Assembly: GCF_018977255.1 (NCBI RefSeq)
Contig: NW_024704834.1
Location: 62,001-126,000, forward strand
Direction of reading: 5' to 3'
Length of the DNA: 64,000 bases
Origin: Callorhinchus milii
Lineage: Eukaryota
Shown here: positions 51,949 to 64,000 of the stretch, one piece after another
How the letters are laid out: each line of letters starts with the position of its first letter
Numbering within the stretch: the stretch's first letter is position 1
Program-made: the position numbers and the translations under genes
Notes under the pieces: generated by a model
What the model was told of the DNA's origin: nothing
Database searches by the model: none
The model's input: the letters and a program-made list of their open reading frames with translations, nothing else

Positions 51949-53501
51949 CAGACCAGTTACAACCGCAGTTTACAGCAAATGTTATGCATTAGTTCGTGAT
52001 GTCTTTAAAATATGAAAGTGGCAACATTAAGCACGCAGTTGTCTTGAAATATGCTTTCCCTTGCCCGGCTATCCTTTCTGAGAGGATCAGGACCACGTAC
52101 TATGAATGACAGACCAGCCAGTGTACTTTAACAGCAGCATTTTCCAGGGAAACACCCGTCACTGTGAACAAGGGTTCTCCAACGCAGCTCATGTTATCAC
52201 GCAAACTAAAGTGACCCTTAGCAAATGATCCATAACAAATCATGCAATTAATTTGAGGGATTGTTGTGCGGGACACCGGGTGTAATTCAGTGCTGTTTGC
52301 GAATATCGCCCTGGAAACTCCAAACTTCACCTGAACAGACAAATGTGCCTGAGTCAGACATCACAAACAATCTTTTACGCCCACCATCTGACATTTATCC
52401 ATCACCTTCTCCACAAATCGACCAGTGTTGGAGACGACCAGTATTATCCATTTAACTTCTGCAACTCTCTCCCTCTCCAAACACCTCAACTTAGCTTATC
52501 CTATGTATGTACAACACACATTAAGGCTCCCTGTTCCATCTCACGTGGATCATGACTTCCTCTCCCTCTCCCCTGCTCATCTGTGCTTTCAGTGATCCGG
52601 AAACGATGCAAAATATTATCCTATGTTAAGATATATAAGGATGCAAGTAGGAGTTGCTTTCGTTAAGTGTGATAATATAGTAAACCTTGCATTTGATGTA
52701 GCGCCTGATCACATCTTTGAGACATCGTAAATAGCTTCACAGTATAAACTGACAAGTGAATTCACGGAATATTTTGTGTGTGAAACGCGGCGGGCAGTTA
52801 CGCACAACAATGTCATACAAACAGGAGTGGGTTGAGTGGCCATTTGTTTTTTTTATTTATGCTGAGTGAATTTGCGCCCCAGTCGTCCATTGTAAACCGG
52901 TATAACTTGGGACAACCAACCTAGAAAGTCAAGTGACCGGTTTGCATGTTCAAAAGGATGAGTCCGGATTGAAACAAGTGACCAATAACTGAAATGTGTT
53001 CCGTGTCTGGGTTCCGCTCCCGCTGTGTGAGAGATCAATCTCTCCAGGTGGGAAGTACAGCAATAAAGGTCCGGTTCATCAGAGATACTTGGTCCTGGTT
53101 ATCTTAGGGGAGAATAAATTCATCCAGGATCAATACAGGGGAAGACCCGTAATGCTGCGCACAGCGCTCTGATGCGCGACACAGCGTTGACAGCGCTCAA
53201 TAGTGCAAGTTGTTGAGGATGATGTTGTGATGTTTTCTGCTCCGGGGAACTTCAGGAGTCAAGAGCTGTGTCCTTGGTGAGGAAGCTGCCCCGTCACTTT
53301 TAAAATATTAGATTTACATCAGATAATGAAGCCGGTTTTGAGGCTGCAATACCTGTTCTGACCACTGGAGGATCAACTCAGTCGACCTTTCTGTTGCAGC
53401 CTGGCAGGAATAAAAAGTGACTGTGCTATACTGCACCAAGTGAAAATGTCAAATTGTTGTCAGAGACTGTAGGTCAATTACTCAATCAATATAACCAAAT
53501 C

Positions 53502-53809
53502 ATAATAATACTAATTCTAATAATCCTTGCATTTGATAGAGCGCTTTTCACGTTGCGAGGACGTCCCAAAGCGCTTCACAGAACACCCTGTAAAGTGAAT
53601 TGACTGTATATTTGTGGGCGAACGCGGTATCCAATTGCGCACAGCAATGTCCCACAAACAGTCGTAGATTGAATATGACCAATTTATGATTGTATTTGGT
53701 TTTGGAGGGAATATTATTAGGCTCTGTGTGGAGTAAGGAAACTTGCCCAATGTTTCGCCCTCTGCCTGGAATTGAACTCTGGTGTCTAATCACTGAGCTA
53801 CGGGACTCC
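53502..53809 (-). mobile_element. SINE lacking anticodon arm
   Basis: Same head deletion as the duplicate at 62425. Confidence 0.85.
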
Positions 53810-55860
53810 ACAATATATAAACAAATAAGTATATACAGAACAATATTAAACCCATTTTATTTAGAATCGTTTCCTGTTCCTGAAATATGTTTCCTTTGGT
53901 CAGTATTGTGTCTGTTGTACAAGGAAACCAATCCCCAGGTTTATACAAAACGGAAAACTTACATTTAAACAGCGGCTCTTACGCAAGTTAGCGTCCCAGA
54001 GCGCCAGAGTGAAGTCAAATCTGATGCAGAACGGGGCAGATGGGGAGTAAGCCGAACATGTCTGTGCAATTTCCATCACGACAAAGTTAGTAACAATTTT
54101 AGTGTAAGGAATTTGCACAGGTCGGTTGGGGAAAGATTCGCGGAGGGATTTAAAAGTCAGGAACAGGCGGTGATAACACTGTACATGGGTTGGCATAATT
54201 TTAACCTAAAATATTTCCAATTTTCACGATTTTAAGGGACATTCTACCATTTGTTTTTTTTATTAAATATGCATAAAAAGCAGAAGAGTTAGTTTAAAAT
54301 GCTGCTTGTATTTTGCCTGGCACCAACCTTCACCTGGTTGGTTTAAATTTCACAGAATTCATGAAAATAAAACATAAATCTCTTGATATGATACAAACAT
54401 GTGATAATTTGTCAGGTGCTCAACAACAGGAAGCTGATAAGAATCGACGACATTCTGTCCATCTACAGAAATCTTCTTATATACACATGGTTTAATGTTG
54501 TTTATATATTTTTTGCAACGTGTAGCCTCATGACATTGATTACGTTGGTCACAATATCAACACAGATCCGTGCCTCAGAGAGCTGTACAGCATATACTCT
54601 ACTGTGTGCATTTTGTGACCTTCCGTGACATACAGTTTGTGCAGCAATGACCCAGGCACAGCAGTAGAGGAGTGACGGATTCGGTGGGGTTTGGAAACTG
54701 GAAGGATAAACTCCTTTAACTTTGGAATCGTACGAAAGAATAATGATGCACGCTTCCCCACAGACTATACTATCAATTTACTTTACATTATATGCTGTGA
54801 AGCGCTTTGAGACGCCAAGAAGACGTGAAAAGTGCGATGTCAAATGTAAGGATTAATATTATTATTAACATCCAGTAACACAGGCACAAAGGGCACCTCA
54901 GTTAAACATGTGTTTAGAACTGAGAACTTCAAACAAACAGAGGTTCCCCATTACTGCATATGGGTGTCAGTCAAGGCAACACCAGTTTGCAGTCCTATAA
55001 TTCAACCATTATTGGCCATTCAGGCATTCTGGCATTGACCCAATTCCAACATGGTGTTAGGGCTTCAACCCACAACATTCTGAATCAGAGGCGAGAGAGG
55101 GGTACAAACTGAACTAGGCTGAAAGTCTCAAATGTAAAGATCTTCGCTTGAAGTATCAATGGGATTCATTGCCTCAATGGACAAATGAGGCAAACTATAT
55201 TTCTCGATTAGTGTGAATCATTTTACTAAGGTCATTTGCGGAGTGGGGAGGCAAATGGTCTCTCGGACCATTTGATCCCAGAGAGTGGGGGCAGGTAACC
55301 TGAAAGACCAATCATGTGATGAGCAGGGCAAGGCAGGGGATATTAAACAGGCAAAAGGAGGAATCGGATCAGTTTGAATGGTGTAAACAGCTTGCACAGT
55401 TCGGTTGTGGCAACCACCAAAACGTGCTTTAAAGGTACGGATCAGGACACTGGTGATATGATGGAGGCTTTGAACACCCGGTGGCTATGATCAACCCATT
55501 AAAACATTGACAATCGTGCTTGAATGAAAGGCTTTCTTCAATAATGGTTGCAATCGGTTTCATCCCATTCTCCATCCATTTCCCCGCACAGCCTTTCACG
55601 TTCCTGTTCCAGATATTTACGAAATGCTCTCGGATCAGAAAACACGAATTTTTCTCACTCATGGCTTCATGCTGGGCATGAAGCAAGTTAATTGCTTTAA
55701 GATAGTAGATTGGTTACCACAACTTTCCTGTAGCTTCCTGACAAAAGTAAACCTATTTTAGTTTGGTAATGCTTTAAAATCAACAACCTCCGCAGTGCTC
55801 CTCAAAATTTCTAATTCAATAATCTGCATTAATTGACCTGGACCAGCCGAAAATTATTTT

Positions 55861-58800
55861 TATTCCTCTGTTCCATATAACTATAATGTAGAAGATCTGA
55901 AGTAAGCTTTGTCAGGAATAAAATATTTTGGGAATTATTTGGTGTTGAGCTTTTGCTATATAGCTCTCGCAATATGGCTCAATTTGATTTTTAAATGCAA
56001 AACTAATCACTTCCTTTTAATAGCAGGTTATCTGGATTAAAACCTACATACATTATATCAGATTGGAAACCACTTTCGATTCAGAGAAGTTATAATAGAA
56101 CCAGAGAACTATACAACACAAAACAATCCATTCGGCCGAGAGGGTCTACAGTGGCTCGCAGAAGAAAATTTGTATCGGTTTTACTGCCCAAAATATCCAT
56201 ATAGCTTTTAAATGCTCTTTTCTTTAAAATCTTATCCAGTTACCCTTTAATCCCAAAATGGGCTATACCTCTATCGCAGTAATAGTCAGCCCACTCCACA
56301 TCCCAACAATACTCTGAGCTAAAAGATCACCAAAAGCTCCCTATTTATTTCTTCTTGTGATTAACTTTTAACTTTGGCCACAAGGCACCGACTCACGATT
56401 GGTGCAAATAGTTTCTCACTCTTCACTCTTTCAAACTCCTACATAGTTGTATTCGTCTACGATGTCCCTTACCAACCTTCTATGCTCCAATGAAAACAGA
56501 CCCAACTTGTCCAATCGTTCCTCATTACAAACCCATCATCGCTGGTGTCATTCTTGTAAAGCTTCTCTCAAGTCTCCAAATAATTGAGTGATTTCCTAAA
56601 AACTGATCGAATGCAAATCTCCAGCAGCTGCCTATGCAATCGTTGTTACAAAGTTAGAATTATTGCTTCAGTATCCTCCTCTACGCTCCTTTATGAACTC
56701 TATCGGCAAAAATTGCTTGCATATAAAAAAATAACTTTCATGCATGGAGCAACCCTTTGAGCTGAAAAGCAGAAGGGCTTGTCAGCAAGCTGGGGAGAGC
56801 GTGTGGAAGTGAATATTGAGTCCACCAAATAGTAAGGTATTCATATAAGATCTGAATACAGGTAACTAGAGAACGCAGTGGAGGGATAGAAGTAGACAGT
56901 TCTGGAGTCTGAGATGGGTAGTTTCTCAAACCACACCCACTGATGGTGAATTAACGGAGACAAGAATCATATGGAAGTGAAGCGAACTGAGTCAAATCGG
57001 GGTAATATTGCGCAATGTAAGCAGATCAGAGAGATAAGGAGGTCAGGGAGGTGACAAGACTTGAATTGATTTGTGAGTAACGGTGAGGATTACGAAATCG
57101 ATCCGTCAATCAATGAGCGTTTTAGTGTTGGGTATGAGACATGGTCTGAGGTGCGTAATGCAGACCATGAAATCGAATCAATCTGGTCAGAGATGTCGGA
57201 GATGATTGATAGTTCGGGATGTATCATGTCGTGTAGGTTGTGCCAATTTGGGAAGCTGTTGACACTTTACGGGTGTTCGTTACGAGAGGACACAAGTATA
57301 AGTGAGCGATGATGGGATCCAAAACAAATTGCTCTTCCCAGAGGATAGAGAGAATGAAGAAGTTGTTGCCTGAATTGATGAGATTATTTGGTGTATAGAA
57401 GAAGAAATTACGCATTCACCTGAGAAAGAGGGGGGATTTTAAGTTTGTCGGAGAGATTAATGACTTCTATGCTTTACAACAACAACACCAAGATCAACTT
57501 GCACTTATCTGGCGCTCTGCATGCAGAGTAGCGAATCACACCACAGAAGAGTGGCGGACATCCATTGGTGGAGCGGAGGGTGCGAGGGACATGCATCAGG
57601 CGCTGTGTTGTGGAGTGTGGAGTGACGAGGTCGGATAGTTAAGCACTTGCCTTGGAGGTGCCATTATAAACGCCAACATGGTCAGATTCATCTCATTGTC
57701 CCCATTCCGTGCCGTGCAATCTTTGTACCTCTTTGTATGCCTTTTAACACAGCCCTTTCCACTGCTGATGCTACTTTCATAGATTAACATACACCTAATC
57801 CCTGGTACATTTGCTCCTATGCGCATGAAAAAATACTGTCTTTCGACACATACATATTTCTCTACGAACATGAATAACCTGATATGCCGCTTTAATAAAT
57901 ATCTTCTGTCACCCAATGCAGTAAAATGTTGATCATAGATAATACTGCGACCAAATAGACTTACCAGGAATTCCAAATGCTGCAAGAATGGGGTAGTAAA
58001 TAGCAATTACTGTGTACAACGTTGGATGTTCCATGCTCACTGTTACTTATTGATGCCGAAGGCAGAGACTTCAGTGAAAACACTGCCGTCACATTGAACT
58101 AAATTTGTACTTATAGGGAACGTGACAATACATATTGCATCAGGAATGCCATTAGTTCCAGACGAATGAACAAACAAGATGACGTGTTCACTTGAGAGTT
58201 GCATATGTAATACTCGGATTAAATTTGTTATCGTGAATTGAAAACTAGACACATAAAACCACATAAAAAATTAAGCGTAGCATAAAATAAATGCAGAAAG
58301 AAAGGAACAATATTATTCAAAACATCTTACAGGAGTTACAAGAAGAACAAATAGAGCAATATCGAAAACAACAAATTACACTTGCACAGTGCACTTCATG
58401 TCGCAAAGGCGTTCCAGTTCTCTGGACAGTCAGGATTTCTTGCATCTATATCTGGCGAATATGATGCAGAATTATCGCGGGTAGTGCATGGGATTGTGTA
58501 AAGTTAAAAATACATTACACTCACCTACTTGAACATAGAATTGAACATAGAATATTGAGACCCGAGGAAGGGATGTTTGCCAAGTGGGTTGGAAAGGGAA
58601 AGATAAACAAGAGGGTGGTTAATGAGGAACGTCTTGGTACGGACCATGATAGAGTTGCGTGAGCAAGCGAGTCCTGGTTTCAAAAATAATAACAACAACA
58701 ATTTGCATAAACAAATCACCCCTCGTGTAGCGCTTAAGAGTATTATGTGTTAATATATTAAAAATCGTTGCAGTTGACATAGCGCTTTTCACGTCTTCTG

Positions 58801-60246
58801 GACGTCTTAATACGCCTCACAGAATGTGCTGCAACATGAACTCACCGTATATTTGAGGGCGAAACGCGGCAGACCATTGCGCATAGCAGTGTCCCACAAA
58901 CAGTAGTGGATTGAAAATGTCCAATTTATTATTGTTTTGCTTTGGAGGAATTATTGTCAGGCGTGTGTAGTTAGGAAACTTGCCAGGAGTTACGCCCTGC
59001 CTGGAATTCAACCCAAGTTATCGCTTGCAAGGCGAGTGCTCTAACCACTGAGCTGCAGAACTTCAGTCTGGGATTGAGTTACAGAGAGTGGGCGGGCAGA
59101 TAGTCCGAAATCCAGATCACTGCTGGTGGGACAGGGGATGTTCATCTTACACGACAACGTGCATTCAAGGAAGACACGCACTGCATAGTGGACTGCAGAG
59201 AGGAGTGTGTTTATTCGCTCAGTACGCAACATACCTCAGTCGCGTCTGAGCATTGTCATGATGTTTGTCGCATCTCATACACACATCCTTTTCCATTGAG
59301 CAATAGGTCCATTGGTCAATGTTGCAGCGTTTGAGCAAAAGCTGCGTAAATTTCTGTGGGTATAACGGGTCCTCAGTATGGCAGAACAGAAGTATAAGAA
59401 ACAATATGACGTCAGTAAGGCAGCTAAGTAAAAATAGTAAAGTATTAATTACGGATAGTACATTTACCATCTAGACTCATTGGCAGAGAGAGTAAGAGCA
59501 GGAGTCAATGAAAGAATGTATTCTTAGCAACTTGTGCAACAATCGTTTCTGTCTCAATCTACAGGAGCTTTAAGAAGTGAGAAAGCTCTGCTCTACTTAC
59601 TTATGCTGGGCCTATAGAAAAGATCGTCCTCAATTTTACGACGGAATCCGCTGTAGCATAACCCTCTGCTACCGAATATCCGACCTGCTATAAACAACGA
59701 GCACGTATAAGTTGAAAAGGAGAGCACCAAGTACAGAGCCCTGAAGAGCGCTACATGAGACTGTGCGAGGGCAGGAGTAGAAGCCACATGTGCAAACAAA
59801 CTGGATATGGTGTTAGATGTAGGATCTGCAACACTCAAAGGCAGAATTTATAACGTTTAGGTAAGAGGAGAGGAGGTATGTGTTCAGGAGCACTCCGTTC
59901 CTCACACACTGCCTATCGGCATCAAGTCCTGGATGAGAGCTAAACTTTTCTGCTTGACGGTCAACAATTCCGAGGCCCTGCTGTTTGGTTCCCGTCAACG
60001 CCTCTACAACTCGGGCGCAGATAGCATCAAAAATCTTGGATGCACTCTATATCTCACGGAGCCAATACTGAACTCGGCGTCCTTTTCGACCCTCAACTAT
60101 CCTTGATGACACACATTCGTTCCACGAACAGCTACTACTTTCCCTATTTCGGACACATTGCCTTTCTGCAACATGATCTCTCATCACAGACCACCGAGAT
60201 CCTCATCCACGTTTCCATCACATACAGGAATCGACGACGAAAATTT
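55861..60246 (-). repeat. Inverted segmental duplicate of 46591..51425
   Basis: Collinear reverse-complement similarity, also seen as paired ORF-track peptides. Confidence 0.9.
57965..58034 (-). pseudogene. Orphan exon 1 of a GPR139-like GPCR
   Basis: Near-identical inverted copy of 49127-49196; intron homology ends at 55861, ~255 nt before the exon 2 position. Confidence 0.75.
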
Positions 60247-60834
60247 CCGAACTGTGCAAACTGCTTACACAATTCAAACTGATCCGATTCCTCCCTTTGC
60301 CTGTTTATTATCCCCTGCCTTGCCCTGCTCATCACATCATTGGTCTTTCAGGTTACCTGCCCCCACTCTCTGAGATCAAATGGTTCGAGAGTCCATTTGC
60401 CTCCCCACTCCGCAAATGACCTTAGTAAAATGATTCACACTAATCGAGAAATATAGTTTGCCTCATTTGTCCATTGAGGCAATGAATCCCATTGATACTT
60501 CAAGCGAAGATTTTTACATTTGAGACTTTCAGCCTGGATCAGTTTGTACCCCTCTCTCGCCTCTGATTCAGAATGTTGTGGGTTGAAGCCCTAACACCAT
60601 GTTGGAATTGGGTCAATGCCAGAATGCCTGAATGGCCAATAATGGTTGAATTATAGGACTGCAAACTGGTGTTGCCTTGACTGACACCCATATGCAGTAA
60701 TGGGGAACCTCTGTTCGTTTGAAGTTTCAGTTCTAAACACATGTTTACCTGAGGTGCCCTTTGTGCCTGTGTTACTGGATGTTAATAGTAATATTAATCC
60801 TTACATTTGATATCGCGCTTTTCACGTCTACTTG

Positions 60835-61158
60835 TGGAGTGCTGTAGCTCAGTGGTTAGAGCACTCGCTTTGCAAGCGAGAGACCTGAGTTCAATTCCAG
60901 GCAGAGGGCGAAACCTTGGGCAAGTTTCCTTACTCCACACAGAGCCTAATAATCATCCCTCCAAATCCAAAAACAATAATAAATTGGTCATTTTCAATCT
61001 ACGACTGTTTGTGGGACATAGCTGTGCGCAATTGGCTGCCGCGTTCGCCCACAAATATACAGTCAATTCACTTTACAGTGTGTTCTGTGAAGCGCCTTGG
61101 GACGTCCTCCTGACGTGAAAAGCGCTATATCAAATGCAAGGATTATTATTATTATTAT
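60835..61158 (+). mobile_element. Young full-length SINE, TSD TACTTG
   Basis: TACTTG at 60829-60834 and 61159-61164; absent at the paralogous site near 54815. Confidence 0.9.
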
Positions 61159-62424
61159 TACTTGCCGTCTCAAAGCGATTCACAGCATAAAATGTAAAGT
61201 AAATTGATAGTATAATCTGTGGGGAAGCGTGGCATCATTATTCTTTCGTACGATTCCAAAGTTAAGGGAGTTTATCCTTCCAGTTTCCAAACCCCACCGA
61301 ATCCGTCACTCCTCTACTGCTGTGTTTGGGTCATTGCTGCACAAACTGTGTGCCACGGAAGGTCACAAAACACACACTGTACAGTATATGCTGTACAGCG
61401 CTCTGAGACACGGATCTGAGCTGATATTGTGACTATCTTCATTAATGTTATAAGGCTACTCGTTGCGAAAAATATATAAACAACATTAAACAATGTGCAA
61501 ATAAGAAGATTTCTGTTGATGAACAGAATGTAGTCGATTCTTATCAACTCCGGTTTGTTGATCACCTGGAATATCATCACATGTTTGTATGATATCAAGG
61601 GAGTTATGTTTTATTCTCATGAATTCTTTGAAACTTAAACCAACCAGGTGAAGGATGGTGCCAGGCAAAATACAAGCAGCATTTCTAACTAACTCTTCTG
61701 CTTATTATATATAGTTAACACAAAAAAACTTCCAATTCACAACTGCAGAAAATGTGTACGCAAACACACTTATGGAAAAGCATTTAAGGAGAAATTGAAG
61801 TTGATAATACGACAAGGACTGCGTGATATATTCGGAGAAAATACACATTAATAAGCCTTGTTTTCTGCAGGGAAAGATTGACTAACGTTATGGGTTAAAT
61901 TCACGAAATAAACAATATAGTAGATAAAATAATAATAAGCAACGTGGCACATATAGACTGATATTAAATATGTTGTGTTTCAAATGGTAGAATGTCCCAT
62001 AAAATCATGACAATTGGTAATATTTTAGGTTAAAATTATGCCAACCCATGTACAGTGTGATCACCGCCTGTTCCTGACTTTTAAATCCCTCCGCGAATCT
62101 TTCCCCAACCGACCTGTGCAAATTCCTTACACTAAAATTGTTACTAACTTTGTCGTGATGCAAATTGCACAGACATGTTCGGCCTACTCCCCATCTGTCC
62201 CGCTCTGCATCAGATTTCACTTCACTCTGGCGCTCTGGGACGCTAACTTGCGTGAGAGCCGCTGTTTAAATATAAGTTGTCCGTTTTGTATAAACCTGGG
62301 GATTGGTTTCCTTGTACAACAGATACACTACTGACCAAAGGAAACATATTTCAGGAGCAGGAAACGATTCTAAATAAAATGGATTTAATATTGTTCTGTA
62401 TATACTTATTTGTTTATATATTGT

Positions 62425-62732
62425 GGAGTTCCGTAGCTCAGTGGTTAGACACCTGAGTTCAATTCCAGGCAGAGGGCGAAACCTTGTGCAAGTTTTCTTA
62501 CTCCACACAGAGCCTAATAATAATCCCTCCAAAACTAAATATAATAATAAATTAGTCATTTTCAATCTACAACTGTTTGTGGGACATTGCTGTGCGCAAT
62601 GGGCTGTCGCGTTCGCCCACAAATATACAGTCAATTCACTTTACACTGTGTTCTGTTAAGCGCTTTGGGACGTTCTCCCAACGTGAGAAGCGCTATATCA
62701 AATGCAAGGATTATTAGAATTATTATTATTAT
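62425..62732 (+). mobile_element. SINE lacking anticodon arm
   Basis: Duplicate of 53502..53809. Confidence 0.85.
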
Positions 62733-64000
62733 GATTTGGTTTATGGATTGAGTAATTGACCTACAGTCTCTGACAACAATTTGACATTTTCACTTGGTGC
62801 AGTACAGCACAGTCACGTTTTATTCCTGTCAGGCTGCAACAGAAAGGTCGACTGAGTTGATCCTCCAGTGGTCAGAACAGGTATTGCAGCCTCAAAACCG
62901 GCTTCATTATCTGATGTAAATCTAATATTTTAAAAGTGACGGGGCAGCTTCCTCACCAAGGACATAGCTCATGACTCCTGAAGTTCCCCGGAGCAGAAAA
63001 CATCACAACATCATCCTCAACAACTTGCACTATTGAGCGCCGTCAACGCTGTGTCGCGCATCAGAGCGCTGTGCGCAGCATTACGGGTCTTCCCCTGTAT
63101 TGATCCTGGATGAATTTATTCTCCCCTAAGATAACCAGGACCAAGTATCTCTGATGAACCGGACCTTTATTGCTGTACTTCCCACCTGGAGAGATTGATC
63201 TCTCACACAGCGGGAGCGGAACCCAGACACGGAACACATTTCAGTTATTGGTCACTTGTTTCAATCCGGACTCATCCTTTTGAACATGCAAACCGGTCAC
63301 TTGACTTTCTAGGTTGGTTGTCCCAAGTTATGTCGGTTTACAGTGGACGACTGGGGCGCAAATTCACTCAGCATAAATAAAAAAAACAAATGGTCACTCA
63401 ACCCACTCCTGTTTGTATGACATTGTTGTGCGTAACTGCCCGCCGCGTTTCACACACAAAATATTCCGTGAATTCACTTGACAGTTTATACTGTGAAGCT
63501 ATTTACGATGTCTCAAAGATGTGATCAGGCGCTACATCAAATGCAAGGTTTACTATATTATCACACTTAACGAAAGCAACTCCTACTTGCATCCTTATAG
63601 ATCTTAACATAGGATAATATTTTGCATCCTTTCCCGATCACTGAAAGCACAGATGAGCAGGGGAGAGGGAGAGGAAGTCATGATCCACGTGAGATGGAAC
63701 AGGGAGCCTTAATGTGTGTTGTAAATACATAGGATAAGCTAAGTTGAGGGGTTTGGAGAGGGAGAGAGTTGCAGAAGTTAAATGGATAATACTGGTCGTC
63801 TCCAACACTGGTCGATTTGTGGAGAAGGTGATGGATAAATGTCAGATGGTGGGCGTTAAAGATTGTTTGTGATGTCTGACTCAGGCACATTTGTCTGTTC
63901 AGGTGAAGTTTGGAGTTTCCAGGGCGATATTCGCAAACAGCACTGAATTACACCCGGTGTCATGCACAACAATCCCTCAAATTAATTGCATGATTTGTTA

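Larger units (their letters stand above)
60247..64000 (+). repeat. Inverted segmental duplicate of ~52240..55404
   Basis: Collinear reverse-complement similarity; diverged third copy at ~34120-36140. Confidence 0.9.

Overview
Eukaryotic (vertebrate) genomic DNA, most likely a cartilaginous fish such as a holocephalan (elephant-shark-like). This is inferred from the dense tRNA-Ala-headed SINE with a LINE2-type tail, CR1/L2 relics and two-exon GPR139-like genes. Left half: a complete minus-strand gene (ATG 27764, stop 2250; 18 phase-1 coding exons; about 1273 aa) for a type I membrane receptor. It has a signal peptide, 10 group-B SRCR domains, a Pro-rich stalk, a WC1/CD163-type TM helix and a cytoplasmic tail with VYEEI, DYDDA and DYDDI motifs. 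Its three N-terminal SRCR domains, plus a fourth dead copy, are tandem exon+intron duplicates that lost the C2-C7 disulfide and carry variable aromatic-rich loops. Right half: a rearranged cluster of GPR139-like GPCR genes (one pseudogene, one copy broken by an inversion at an assembly gap, one orphan exon 1) inside interleaved inverted segmental duplications, plus an orphan paired ZNF143-motif promoter-like element, minisatellites and microsatellites. Most ORF-track entries are spurious repeat translations. Exon models and identity comparisons were read by eye and are not transcript-verified.
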